64,000 nt of DNA from an uncultured Acidobacteriota bacterium (GTDB lineage: Bacteria; Acidobacteriota; Blastocatellia; RBC074). This document shows positions 1 through 11,389 of the stretch, one piece after another (the first letter of the stretch is position 1; each line of letters begins with the position of its first letter). The position numbers were made by a program, and so were the translations under genes. The stretch spans positions 1,504,001 through 1,568,000 of the forward strand of contig CAWCKY010000006.1 in the NCBI GenBank assembly GCA_963796275.1. Direction: 5' to 3'. Below the pieces are notes generated by a model. The model made no database searches and was not told where the DNA came from. It was given only the letters and a program-made list of their open reading frames with translations.

Positions 1-1038
1 CACTGCAATGACTGGCAGACCGGATTCATTCCCGCCTACCTGAAGACGACCTACGCGCGCGATCCATTCTTCGCGCGCACTGCAACGCTCTTCACGATCC
101 ACAACCTGGCTTATCAGGGACAGTTCGACCCAAATCTGCTCGCGCATTTCGGATTCGATTGGGATGTTTTCCGCTACGGTATGGAGTTTCATGGGACGGC
201 GAGCGCGATGAAGGCCGGCATCTATTTTTCGACCGCGCTTTCGACTGTCAGCCCCAGGTACGCCGAGGAGATTCAAACACCTGAATTCGGTAATAAACTC
301 GATGGTCTGTTACGGTCACGGCGCGACGTCCTGGTCGGGATATTGAATGGGGTGGATTATGAGGAATGGAGTCCGGAGACCGATATAGAGATCGCTTCGA
401 ACTACTCGATCACCGACCTCGGCGGAAAGGCTGAATGCAAGCGCGAGCTGCTGGAACGTTATAACTTGCCGGCAGACACCGAGAAGCCGGTCGTCGGCAT
501 TATCTCGCGACTGACGATGCAGAAGGGGATAGACCTCGTCGCTCAATCGGTCTGGCGTCTTCTCGATACCGGGGCATCATTCGTCCTGTTGGGCTCGGGC
601 GCCGATAGTTATGAGAGCTACTTCCAGCACGCGCGCGATACGCGCCCCAATCAGGTGGGCGTCTATTTCGGTTACAACAATTCGCTGGCTCATCAGATCG
701 AAGCGGGGGCAGATATCTTTCTGATGCCATCGGCATACGAACCGTGCGGGCTGAATCAGATGTATAGTTTGAAGTACGGCACAGTGCCGATCGTCCGCGG
801 CGTGGGTGGGCTTGACGATACGATCCGTAATTTCGAGCGGTCGACGGCGATCGGAAACGGCTACAAATTCTACGACTATTCTCCCGATCGGCTGGTTGAA
901 AAGTTCTATGAAGCATTAATGGTCTTTTACGATCGCGACCTCTGGCGTAAACTGCAGCGAAACGGTATGCGGGAGGATTTTTCGTGGAATCGCACGGCTC
1001 ATCAATATATCAATGCATATAATCGAATCGTTCAGTAA
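1..1038 (+). CDS. glgA: Glycogen synthase (5'-partial, begins upstream of window)
   Basis: Frame +1 is open from base 1 ([16 protein letters not shown]) and continues into the ORF at 181. Motifs [26 protein letters not shown] and EPCGLNQMY are typical of GT5 glycogen synthases. Confidence 0.95.
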   Translation, partial: HCNDWQTGFIPAYLKTTYARDPFFARTATLFTIHNLAYQGQFDPNLLAHFGFDWDVFRYGMEFHGTASAMKAGIYFSTALSTVSPRYAEEIQTPEFGNKLDGLLRSRRDVLVGILNGVDYEEWSPETDIEIASNYSITDLGGKAECKRELLERYNLPADTEKPVVGIISRLTMQKGIDLVAQSVWRLLDTGASFVLLGSGADSYESYFQHARDTRPNQVGVYFGYNNSLAHQIEAGADIFLMPSAYEPCGLNQMYSLKYGTVPIVRGVGGLDDTIRNFERSTAIGNGYKFYDYSPDRLVEKFYEALMVFYDRDLWRKLQRNGMREDFSWNRTAHQYINAYNRIVQ

Positions 1039-1214
1039 CGCCTGAAATCGACACAATGGCGCGAAATATCTCCCGATTTTTGTGTACGTGTCATTTTTTT
1101 ACATTTATTGAATCTATCTAGCCCCAGGCATTGAGGATTTACTTTAGATATGAGCACTGACACATTAGCTCTATCTTGTTATTAGATGACGATATGCCAG
1201 CAGCCGCATATGTT

Positions 1215-1223
1215 TGATATAAT
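1215..1223 (+). promoter_or_regulatory. Putative extended -10 promoter (TGnTATAAT) for trxA-trxB-purA
   Basis: TGATATAAT about 70 nt upstream of the trxA start; RBS AAGGAG precedes ATG 1296. Confidence 0.45.
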
Positions 1224-1295
1224 ATGTGGTCGGAAGACCCGTATGGTAGTAGATTTGCCAGTGATGGCGGATAATTTAAAACGAAGGAGAATGCA

Positions 1296-1631
1296 ATGAG
1301 TGAATTTATCGCTGAAGTTACAGATACGAACTGGGGTGACGAGGTTTTGAGTTCGGATAAACCCGTACTCGTTGATTTCTGGGCAGCCTGGTGCGGGCCC
1401 TGCCGGATGCTTGCGCCGACTGTGGAAGCGGTGGCTGAAAAGTATCGAGACAAAGCTAAAGTCGTCAAACTCAATGTTGACGAAAATGTCGAGAGCCCGG
1501 CGAAATATGGCATCCGTGGAATCCCGACCTTGATTCTCTTTCATAATGGACAGGAAGTGGATCGCCACGTTGGCATTCCGGCCAACGCAAAAGAGACTAT
1601 TTCGCAAATGATTGAAAGAAGATTGGTGTAA
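1296..1631 (+). CDS. trxA: Thioredoxin
   Basis: 111 aa; DFWAAWCGPC active site, GIPTL; RBS AAGGAG. Confidence 0.97.
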   Translation: MSEFIAEVTDTNWGDEVLSSDKPVLVDFWAAWCGPCRMLAPTVEAVAEKYRDKAKVVKLNVDENVESPAKYGIRGIPTLILFHNGQEVDRHVGIPANAKETISQMIERRLV

Positions 1632-1648
1632 TTTGAGATCCGACTCGA

Positions 1649-1684
1649 GAGTCCGGAGTCGATAACCCGAATGACTCCGGGCTC
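1649..1684. repeat. Intergenic hairpin (12-bp stem)
   Basis: GAGTCCGGAGTC ... GACTCCGGGCTC between trxA and trxB. Confidence 0.55.
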
Positions 1685-1697
1685 AGGACCATAAAAT

Positions 1698-2639
1698 ATG
1701 TCTACACTTTACGATGTTGTTATCATTGGCGGAGGGCCGACCGGGCTCGCCGCCGCGGTTTACACGGGCCGCTCGCTCCTCAAGACGCTTGTGTTGGAGA
1801 AGCATGTGCCCGGAGGGCAGATCGCACTCTCTGCCGCGATAGATAATTATCCTGGTTTTGCCGACGGCATATCCGGATACGAATTTGCTGAAGCTTTTCT
1901 GAAACACGCCCGGCGTTTCGGCGCGGAGGTCCGTGTCGGCGTTGGGGCCGAATCAGTAGTGCATAATGATGACGGGACATTCACCGTTGGCGTAGGAATG
2001 AGCGGCGAAGAGCCGGTCAGGGCGAAGTCCCTGATTCTGGCCATGGGACGCCATCCGCGCAAACTCGAAGTGCCCGGTTACGAGAAGCTGTTTGGCAGCG
2101 GCGTGAGCGTTTGCGCTACCTGCGATGGCGCCTTCTTCCGCAATGTGCCGGTGGCAGTGGTCGGCGGGGGAAACTCGGCAGTCGAGGAGGGTCATTTTCT
2201 GACTCGGTACGCCTCGGATGTATTCTCCATTCACCGGCGCGATAATTTCAGCGCCCAGAAGATTCTGATCGAGCAATATCTCAATGACTCAAAAGTTACG
2301 CCCGTCTGGGATTCGGTGGTCGAAGCGATTCATGGCGACCGGGAGGTCGAGGGCATACGCGTGCGTAACCTGAAGACCGATAAGGTCGAGGAGATTCCCG
2401 TAAAGGCCGTCTTCGTTTTCATCGGCTGGATACCGAATTCGGACCTGGTCAAGCACCTGGTCGAGCGGGACGAGCAGGGGCGCGTTTATGTAAACGAGTT
2501 GATGGAGACGAAAGTGCCGGGGCTATTTGCCGCGGGCGACCTGTGCGTCAGACCAATCTATCAACTCGCGAACGTCGTTGCGGATGGAGTCCAGGCCGCG
2601 GTCTCGGTCGAGAGATACCTGGAAAACAAGAGACACTAG
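1698..2639 (+). CDS. trxB: Thioredoxin-disulfide reductase
   Basis: GGGPTG FAD motif, CATCDG redox motif, GGGNSA NADPH motif, GLFAAGD; adjacent to trxA. Confidence 0.95.
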   Translation: MSTLYDVVIIGGGPTGLAAAVYTGRSLLKTLVLEKHVPGGQIALSAAIDNYPGFADGISGYEFAEAFLKHARRFGAEVRVGVGAESVVHNDDGTFTVGVGMSGEEPVRAKSLILAMGRHPRKLEVPGYEKLFGSGVSVCATCDGAFFRNVPVAVVGGGNSAVEEGHFLTRYASDVFSIHRRDNFSAQKILIEQYLNDSKVTPVWDSVVEAIHGDREVEGIRVRNLKTDKVEEIPVKAVFVFIGWIPNSDLVKHLVERDEQGRVYVNELMETKVPGLFAAGDLCVRPIYQLANVVADGVQAAVSVERYLENKRH

Positions 2640-4004
<1,365 letters not shown>

Positions 4005-4332
4005 TCCCCCCTTTTCCGAACTGTCGAAAACTGGCGCAATCCATTTGTAATGGTAAGTCGTGACGGCTACGAACTGATACTGGCCGTCCGCGTACAGCCG
4101 AGCGCTTGAGTCTACGCGAAATTGAGAAAACACTATTAACTCACCCATTCGAGCGATGGCCATTGGGGCGCGTCATCGGAATCCAAGAGGACGCGGTGCG
4201 ATCGATAGGTGACGATGAGAGGATAGTAGAGAATCGGGAAGCGCTGAAACGCATGCTTGAACTTCACCGGATAAGGACAGACCTATGGCCGTCAGCATAG
4301 CTGTAGGTGCACTCAGTTAAGGATATAGCTCA

Positions 4333-4983
4333 ATGATCAAACTGGCGCTGGCCGATGGTCGACGTAGCCGCGCGATCGTATGCGACGCGATACTTTTCGA
4401 TATGGATGGGACGCTGGTCGATTCCACCATCTGCGTTGAATCGACGTGGCGGAACTGGGCCATTCGGCATGGCCTCGATTTCGAAATGCTGCTTAGTATA
4501 GCCCACGGCCGGCAGAACCATGAAACGATACGGCTCATCGCCCCCCACCTTAACACGCCAGAGGAGATAGCATCTCTCGTTCGCGCCGAGGAAGAATGTC
4601 ACGATGGGATTGTCGCGGTGGCGGGCGCACGTGATCTGGTGGATAAACTACCACTCGAATGTTGGGCAGTGGTCACTTCCGCCTGGAGGAGGCTCGCAGA
4701 GATTCGGTTGCAGTGTGCCGGGCTTCCGCTCCCGGGAGTTCTGATCACCGCCGATGAGGTCAAACGCAGCAAACCGCATCCAGACGGCTATTTTGCTGCC
4801 GCGGCTCGCCTCGGGGTCGAGCCCGCCGAATGCCTTGTCTTCGAAGATGCTCCGGCCGGGATCGAGGCCGCTACGGCAGCTGGTATGAACGTGGTCGGTA
4901 TTAAGACTACGTTCTCTCGCGATCAGCTTGGATGCGAATGGTGTATCGATGATTTCCAGTCGATTTCCGTATTGCAAGAATGA
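4333..4983 (+). CDS. HAD-IA family hydrolase (sugar/glycerol-phosphate phosphatase-like)
   Basis: FDMDGTLVDS motif I, VVTS, KPHPDGY, FEDAPAGI. Confidence 0.88.
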   Translation: MIKLALADGRRSRAIVCDAILFDMDGTLVDSTICVESTWRNWAIRHGLDFEMLLSIAHGRQNHETIRLIAPHLNTPEEIASLVRAEEECHDGIVAVAGARDLVDKLPLECWAVVTSAWRRLAEIRLQCAGLPLPGVLITADEVKRSKPHPDGYFAAAARLGVEPAECLVFEDAPAGIEAATAAGMNVVGIKTTFSRDQLGCEWCIDDFQSISVLQE

Positions 4984-5093
4984 GAATCTCGGCAATTCCA
5001 CATTTCAACCACAAACGCCGCTGAAATGTGACATCGTCGTGGTATTCGCACACGACCTTTCTTAATGGTGGTGTTCGGCTTATCATCTCGCCC

Positions 5094-5504
5094 ATGAACA
5101 ACGAGCTACAATCGAAAGTGCCATATCGCGTCAGCGAACCTCACTACTCAGTCGCCCCGCAGATGGTTACGACCGCATTTGAACTCCCTGGCTATCGGAT
5201 CAGGCGGAACCTCGGAGTAGTGCGCGGCATCGTCGTCCGCTCCCGCTCGATTGTGGCGAACATCGGCGCTTCACTGCAGACGCTCATCGGCGGCAACATC
5301 ACAGCCTGGACTCGTTTGTGTGAGGAGACGCGGGCTGAAGCGTTTGAAATCATGGTGCAGCACGCAACGGAGGTCGGTGCGAATGCCATTATCGGCGCCC
5401 GATATGACGCGACCGAGATCGCCACGGGGGCGACGGAGGTGCTGGCTTATGGGACCGCGGTGATCGTTGAGCCGCTGGAAGAGAACAGCTTATATAAAAC
5501 CTGA
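5094..5504 (+). CDS. YbjQ/UPF0145 family putative heavy-metal-binding protein
   Basis: VTTAFELPGYRI..LGVVRG, GANAIIGARYD, EVLAYGTAV. Start placed at ATG 5094. Confidence 0.88.
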   Translation: MNNELQSKVPYRVSEPHYSVAPQMVTTAFELPGYRIRRNLGVVRGIVVRSRSIVANIGASLQTLIGGNITAWTRLCEETRAEAFEIMVQHATEVGANAIIGARYDATEIATGATEVLAYGTAVIVEPLEENSLYKT

Positions 5505-5525
5505 TGCTCGCGAGATGGAATAGTT

Positions 5526-6230
5526 ATGGTGCCTCTCTCATATCTCTCTCCAAGAACGACTGTGAAGCCGAGCCCTATTCAGGGCAGGGGCCTCTTTGCC
5601 ACCGAGCCGATCCATAAGGGCGAGATCGTTTGCGTCAAGGGAGGGTATATTTTCAACCGGCAGAAATTGCAGGAAGTCAGCCAATCTCTTGGCCCTTCTG
5701 AAATCCAGATCGCAGAGGATATGTTTATCGGGCCGCTCAATGAAGAGGAGCGCGAGGCTAGCATGATCTTCAGCAATCACTCATGCGATCCGAACATAGG
5801 CGTACAGGGCCAGATCGTCTTCGTCGCCATGCGGGACATCGATGCTGGAGTATCCGTTCAATGGAGCACACCGGAGTTGCAAGGCGCGATCGGCGGCGGA
5901 GCCTTCACCTCGCAGTTCAATGGCGCTTTCGCAGGTGAACACGAATTGACTCAATACTTTCCCGATGGAACCCCACACGGGTCGTGGACAGTCAAGATTG
6001 AGAAGACCGCCAGCATTTTCGAGATTTTCTGGCGGAAAGGAGAGAATATTCATTTCAGCGGTTTAGGGCTTGAAATGTCGAACGGACTCGCGGTGAGTTG
6101 GTATCCGGACATCCGACAACTTGCCTTATTGGATTACATCATTGATCCTGAGGATCGTGAATGCCTTATAGGCACGTGGGCATTGGGCGGGTTTACTTCA
6201 TTGGGCACTGAAATATTGAAACGAAAGTGA
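5526..6230 (+). CDS. SET-domain protein truncated and fused to an unrelated beta-rich domain (chimera)
   Basis: SPIQGRGLFA..I.KGE, NHSCDPN and AMRDIDAG are SET motifs. The expected EELTxDY and post-SET cysteines are missing and replaced by about 125 unrelated aa. Confidence 0.7.
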   Translation: MVPLSYLSPRTTVKPSPIQGRGLFATEPIHKGEIVCVKGGYIFNRQKLQEVSQSLGPSEIQIAEDMFIGPLNEEEREASMIFSNHSCDPNIGVQGQIVFVAMRDIDAGVSVQWSTPELQGAIGGGAFTSQFNGAFAGEHELTQYFPDGTPHGSWTVKIEKTASIFEIFWRKGENIHFSGLGLEMSNGLAVSWYPDIRQLALLDYIIDPEDRECLIGTWALGGFTSLGTEILKRK

Positions 6231-6265
6231 GTCTGCCTTTCATCATACATAGGAGGATTGCAGCC

Positions 6266-7369
6266 ATGTATGTTAGATCACTGAGTACGGCCGAACAACT
6301 GAAGCGTTATGTTGACTTCGGGCAGGATGTCTATCGCCAGAACCCGTACTGGGTGCCTACCGATGTCGATCATATGATTGAAGTGCTGGGAGGCCGAGGC
6401 GGATTTGGGTCCGGCACACTAATACAGGCGTTCTGGGTGGAGGAGAACGACCGCGTATTGGCGACTGTCGCGGCAGTCAGAGATGAGGCGTACAACCGCC
6501 ACTGGGACGAACAGATGGGGCATCTCCTCTTCTTTGAAGCGCTTCCGGATCAAGACGAGGCAGTCGACACCCTCATACAGGCGGCATGTGACTGGCTCCG
6601 CGTTCGTGGCTGTCAAGCGGCGCGGTTCTCGATGCTGCCGGGAATGCAGATGCCGCTAACCATAGATGCATACGACTCGATCCCAACCATTTTTCATACC
6701 TATAATCCCCATTATTATCACGGCTACGTTAAGAATGGCGGGTTCATAACCGAGCACGGCGCCGTGCAGTATCAGATCCGATTCACACCTGAACTGGCTC
6801 ATCGCTACAGAAGTATGGTGGAGCGTGCCATAAACTCAGGAGTTTTATTACGGTCGTGGGACTTCAGCCGCATGGAAGCAGAGAATGAGACTTTTACTAA
6901 GTTGGTCAATGAGACATTCGAGGCGCATTGGGGATTCATGCCCCTGAAGAAAGATGTGATGAGCGGGCTGACGGTTGAGTTGAAGGACTTGCTGGTCGCG
7001 GATTTCACGGTTTTTGCCGAAATCGAAGGGCAGACGGCCGGGTTCGTCTATTCGCTGCCTGACTTAAACCAGGCATTCCAGCGAATGCGAGGGAAAGACA
7101 TAGGGGCGAACGTTCCCGAACTCCAGCAGCGACTTGGGGAAATAGATCACGGAGTGCTTCTGATCATAGGCGTGAAGCAGGATTACCGTGGGCGCGGGAT
7201 TAATCTTGCGATGGCCGCCAAGAGCTATCTGGCGATGATCGAACGCGGCTACAAAACCGGAAGCTACACTATCGTCTTGGATGATAATTGGCCATCGCGT
7301 CGCACCGCCGAGAAGTTGGGCGCGCATGTCACCAGAAATTTCAACGTTTATCGGAAAGAGTTGAATTGA
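6266..7369 (+). CDS. GNAT-family N-acetyltransferase (YghO-like)
   Basis: RBS AGGAGG at 6251; NPYWVP, FFEA, YNPHYY, HWGFMP, IGVKQDYRGRG acetyl-CoA motif. Confidence 0.75.
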   Translation: MYVRSLSTAEQLKRYVDFGQDVYRQNPYWVPTDVDHMIEVLGGRGGFGSGTLIQAFWVEENDRVLATVAAVRDEAYNRHWDEQMGHLLFFEALPDQDEAVDTLIQAACDWLRVRGCQAARFSMLPGMQMPLTIDAYDSIPTIFHTYNPHYYHGYVKNGGFITEHGAVQYQIRFTPELAHRYRSMVERAINSGVLLRSWDFSRMEAENETFTKLVNETFEAHWGFMPLKKDVMSGLTVELKDLLVADFTVFAEIEGQTAGFVYSLPDLNQAFQRMRGKDIGANVPELQQRLGEIDHGVLLIIGVKQDYRGRGINLAMAAKSYLAMIERGYKTGSYTIVLDDNWPSRRTAEKLGAHVTRNFNVYRKELN

Positions 7370-7370
7370 G

Positions 7371-7925
7371 ATGAAAAGATGCCAGTGGGCAAAAACCGAG
7401 ATATCTATCAGCTACCATGACGAGGAGTGGGGAGTACCAAGGCACGATGATCGCACTTTATTCGAATTCCTCATCCTGGAGGGCGCGCAAGCAGGGCTCA
7501 GCTGGGAAACAATTCTGAAGAAACGGGAGAATTACCGCAAAGCATTCGATAACTTCGATGCCAGTATTGTCGCTGAATACAATCAACGCAAGGTGGATAA
7601 TTTACTCGCGGACTCGGGGATCATTCGTAATGAACTCAAGATCAAGGCTGCAATCGTGAACGCGCGCGCCTTTCTCGCAGTGCAGGAGGAGTTCGGTAGT
7701 TTCGATCTATATATCTGGGACTTTGTGGGCGGCCGCCCGATAAGGAATGCATGGAAATCATCTGGGGTGCCCGCAAATACGAGCGAGTCAGACGCGATGA
7801 GCAAAGATTTAAAGCGTCGGGGATTTAAATTTGTGGGAACAACGATCTGTTACGCATTTATGCAGGCGATAGGAATGGCCAATGATCATGAAAAAAATTG
7901 TTTCCGTTATCAAGAGATTGGGTGA
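7371..7925 (+). CDS. tag: DNA-3-methyladenine glycosylase I
   Basis: RCQWA, YHDEEWG, LEGAQAGLSW, FKFVGTTICYAFMQAIG, NDH..C. Confidence 0.95.
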   Translation: MKRCQWAKTEISISYHDEEWGVPRHDDRTLFEFLILEGAQAGLSWETILKKRENYRKAFDNFDASIVAEYNQRKVDNLLADSGIIRNELKIKAAIVNARAFLAVQEEFGSFDLYIWDFVGGRPIRNAWKSSGVPANTSESDAMSKDLKRRGFKFVGTTICYAFMQAIGMANDHEKNCFRYQEIG

Positions 7926-7953
7926 TGTAGTTAATACCTCGGTTTCAATCGAA

Positions 7954-9457
7954 ATGGCGCTCTGGTTGACCCTAGTTCTGCCGGGGGCTACGGCATGCTC
8001 CACAAAAACGCCATCGGCGCCCGCTTCGACCGGCGAGGCCCTCATTGCGCGCGCGAAGTCGCTCGAACTCGACACTCCGTACGTGCCGCCTCCGGGTGAT
8101 CCCCTCCAACATCACGCCTCCGGCTTCGCCAAAATCATGTGCTCGGCGGTTTTCATCACGGGCCTCGATCCCGAATTTGCGGCAGAGAACGTCGGGTATT
8201 TCACGAGCCCCTACGCAGAACGCGCGAAGTTGGGGAAGCCGGTGATCGATCGGGACAACAAGGCCGTGCACGTCACGCTTCCGAATGGCGTGAAGCGTAC
8301 CGCCAAATACATCGGCGACCAGGGGTGCGTGACGCTCCCGGCCGGCAATGATTCATTGAATTTCACGCCAGTCCGTCTCAAGAGCCGCTTACCGGATCCT
8401 TCAACGCAGCCGTGGCCAATGGGCGACGCCCCGTCTGATGCGCCTCTGCCGGCGCAACTCGATGCTGGCAAAGTGAGGCAGGCGGTAGATGCGGCCTTCG
8501 AGCCGGCTTCAGGAATGACGGCCGCGTTCGTCGTCACGTGGAGAGGGCGTATCATCGGCGAGCGGTATGGCGAGGGCATCACGTTGCGCACTCCGCTCGA
8601 GAGCTGGTCGATGGGCAAGAGCTTGACGGCTACGCTGATGGGCATGCTCATCAAGCAGGGCGTCTACGACTTGTGGCAGCCGGCTCCGATTCCCGAGTGG
8701 CAGGGCGAAGGCGATCCGCGCGCCCAAGATTCGCATCGCCGACATCCTGCACATGTCGAGCGGTCTGCGCATCAGGGCGCCGCAGGATCCCGACTACGAT
8801 CCGTCCGGCCCGTATCCCGATCACCTGTATCTCTACACGGGCGGCGTCAACTCTTTCCACTATGCCGCTACGCGCCCGCTGCAGTGGCCGCCCGGCACGG
8901 TCGGCCGCTATCGCAATACTGACCCGGTCCTGATCAACTATCTCGTGCGTCTCGGCGTCGAGAAGCGCAAGGAGGAATATCTGTCGTTCCCGCAGCGTGC
9001 GCTCTTCGACAAGATCGGCATCCGGACGATGGTGATGGAGACGGACCCGTTCGGTAACTTTCTCACGCAGGGGTACGAGTTCGCATCGGGGCGCGATTGG
9101 GCGCGGCTCGGCAACCTCTATCTTCAGGATGGCGTATGGAACGGTGAGCGGATACTGCCAGAGGGTTACGTCAAATTCGTGAGCACGCTGGCGCCCGCGT
9201 GGGAGGCCGACAAGCGCCCCATTTATGGCGGCTTCTTCTGGATCAACGGCGATGGCACGTTCCCGGTACCCCGAGATGCGTACTACATGGCGGGTGCGGG
9301 AGGCCAGACTACGCTGATCATTCCGTCGCACGAGCTCGTCGTGGTGCGTATGGGGCATTACAAGGGCAGTGAGCCCGGCACTGAGGCGTTCAAGAGAGCA
9401 CTATCGCTGCTGATGGAGGCGGTGCCGCAAAAGGTTCAGGGCATAACTGAAAAATAA
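7954..9457 (+). CDS. Serine hydrolase, beta-lactamase class C/AmpC-like, possible lipoprotein; split by +1 frameshift at about 8723-8725
   Basis: SWSMGKS (SxxK) in ORF 7882-8922. IRIADILHMSSG, YRN and ARLGNLYL follow in the next frame. Removing one C from CCC restores one ORF. Start uncertain. Confidence 0.85.
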
Positions 9458-9689
9458 CGATGAGGCATTTAAAGGCGAATGATGTACATTTACTAGAATA
9501 ACTGTTTAGAGATGGTTAAAAGAGATGGTTATGGTATACCGGGTTTACTTGGAATCCAGTTTACGGAAGTAAAAGTTGGAGATGTCTGGACGTTATTTTT
9601 ACCAGACGCTTGGAAATCTAAGTAATAATTACAGATAGTAGGACTAGCGCAGTTTAACAGCGATTGATTATTTAATGAGGAGCATAAAT

Positions 9690-10472
9690 ATGTCTGATAA
9701 ACTTCTGGTCACTCTTGAAAATGGAATCAAGCGCATAACATTCAACAACCCGTCAAGACGCAATGCGGTCGATTCCGAAACTATCAAAGCCTTTAGCGAA
9801 GCGGTAGCGCAATCTGCTGATGATGAAACGCGGGTTGTGATCGTCTCGGGCACCGGAGATTCTTTCTGCGCCGGGGCCGAGCTCCATTCGATCAACCCGG
9901 CTGAAATGGCGAAACGAGATGTCACAGCAATGATCCGGGAAGACGTCAATCCCGGCATCAGAGCGATGAGGGAACTGCCCAAGCCGATCATCGCGCGCGT
10001 TCACGGACACGCGGGAGGCTTGGGGTGCAATTACGCGCTCGCGAGCGACATCATCATCGCCTCGGAGAAAGCATTTTTCGGCCAGCTCTTCATCAGAATA
10101 GGATTGATGCCGGACGGAGGCGGGACTTACTTTTTGCCGCGCCTGATCGGTTACCACCGGGCATTCGAGTTGATGACGTTCGGCGACCCCATACCTGCTC
10201 AACAGGCATTCGAGTTGGGAATAGTCAATCGCGTCGTTCCATTCGACAAGCTCGATACGGTTGTCGATGCATTCGCAACGCGCCTCGCCGCGGGCCCCGG
10301 GCTGGCGATTGCCAAGGTTAAAGCCGGGCTAAATTTCAGCCTGCAAACCGACCTGGCAGGCGCTCTCGAGTTCGAAGCGGTGAATCAGGATGATTGTTTC
10401 CGCTCCGATGATTTCAAAGAGGGCGTGGCAGCTTTTCTACAAAAACGCAATGCTGTTTTCAACGGTCGATGA
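9690..10472 (+). CDS. Enoyl-CoA hydratase/isomerase (crotonase family, PaaG-like)
   Basis: FCAGAEL, PKPIIARVHG, GLMPDGG, DFKEGVAAFLQKR; RBS GAGGAG. Confidence 0.9.
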   Translation: MSDKLLVTLENGIKRITFNNPSRRNAVDSETIKAFSEAVAQSADDETRVVIVSGTGDSFCAGAELHSINPAEMAKRDVTAMIREDVNPGIRAMRELPKPIIARVHGHAGGLGCNYALASDIIIASEKAFFGQLFIRIGLMPDGGGTYFLPRLIGYHRAFELMTFGDPIPAQQAFELGIVNRVVPFDKLDTVVDAFATRLAAGPGLAIAKVKAGLNFSLQTDLAGALEFEAVNQDDCFRSDDFKEGVAAFLQKRNAVFNGR

Positions 10473-10475
10473 TCA

Positions 10476-11240
10476 ATGATGCGAGGAGAGCGGGTCAAAA
10501 CCGATTACCGTATAAAGCTCAAGCTCTGTTTATTTAGCGTCTTCTGCTTCATGTTCCCGACATACGAATCGGCCTCACCGTTCGGAGATTCAAAAGCAGA
10601 ACCCGACAACTGCATAAAATGTCACATCCAGTCCACGGGCCGGGCCGCGGAAGTGGTTGCTATTCATCGCGCGAGCACACACGGTAAAGTTAACATCTCC
10701 TGCAATGGCTGCCACGGCGGCGATCTTGAGCAAGCAGATAAGGTAAAAGCTCACTCGGGAAATTTCTTAGGTAAACCCGAGAGATCGGCGCTTCTGATGA
10801 TGTGCGGTAACTGTCACGAGCGGCAACTCGATCAATTCAAGGCCAGCCGTCACTTCCCGGAAAGCAGCGGCGTTCCCCGGCTCGATTGCGCGGATTGCCA
10901 TGGAGTGCACAGCATCGGAAATCCCCCCGAATCGTTCAGCTTCGGCCAATATTGCGCGAGCTGTCACGGGCTTGAATATTTGCCCGCATTGGCGCAGCCT
11001 TTTCAGGATTTACTTACCCTCACGGATCAGTTGAACGATAGGATGAAAAAGTATTCAGCAAAGAATTCTGGCAATGCTGGCAAGTCGGATGATTTTATCA
11101 AGCAACGCAAAGAGATTCGCCGCCTGACAGCAGAGATTATCCACCCCACTGGCCACTCCACCGGCCAGGGAAGCGGGATCGAAGGGATTGGGAAAATCCT
11201 GTCGGATGGGGAAAAACTTAAACGAGCGCTAACAAAATAG
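10476..11240 (+). CDS. Multiheme (5 x CxxCH) cytochrome c
   Basis: CIKCH, CNGCH, CGNCH, CADCH, CASCH; N-terminal hydrophobic signal-like segment. Confidence 0.85.
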   Translation: MMRGERVKTDYRIKLKLCLFSVFCFMFPTYESASPFGDSKAEPDNCIKCHIQSTGRAAEVVAIHRASTHGKVNISCNGCHGGDLEQADKVKAHSGNFLGKPERSALLMMCGNCHERQLDQFKASRHFPESSGVPRLDCADCHGVHSIGNPPESFSFGQYCASCHGLEYLPALAQPFQDLLTLTDQLNDRMKKYSAKNSGNAGKSDDFIKQRKEIRRLTAEIIHPTGHSTGQGSGIEGIGKILSDGEKLKRALTK

Positions 11241-11363
11241 ATAGTTGATAGTTGATAGTTGAGAGTGGATAGTTTAGTTGATAGTTGATATTCGATTTTA
11301 CATAAATCCGATCAGATTGAACTACGAGGATGCCAACTATCAACTATCAACTATCAACTATCA
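11238..11363. repeat. Inverted tandem-heptamer array (TAGTTGA)n ... (TCAACTA)n
   Basis: Left arm about 11238-11290, right arm CAACTAT x4 at 11334-11363, about 40-nt spacer. Confidence 0.9.
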
Positions 11364-11389
11364 CCTCTCAGCTATTCACGGGAGTCACC

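Noticed and set aside
4106-4300. 64-aa ORF after purA
   Set aside because: TTG start, no clear RBS and no recognisable motif; cannot be supported.
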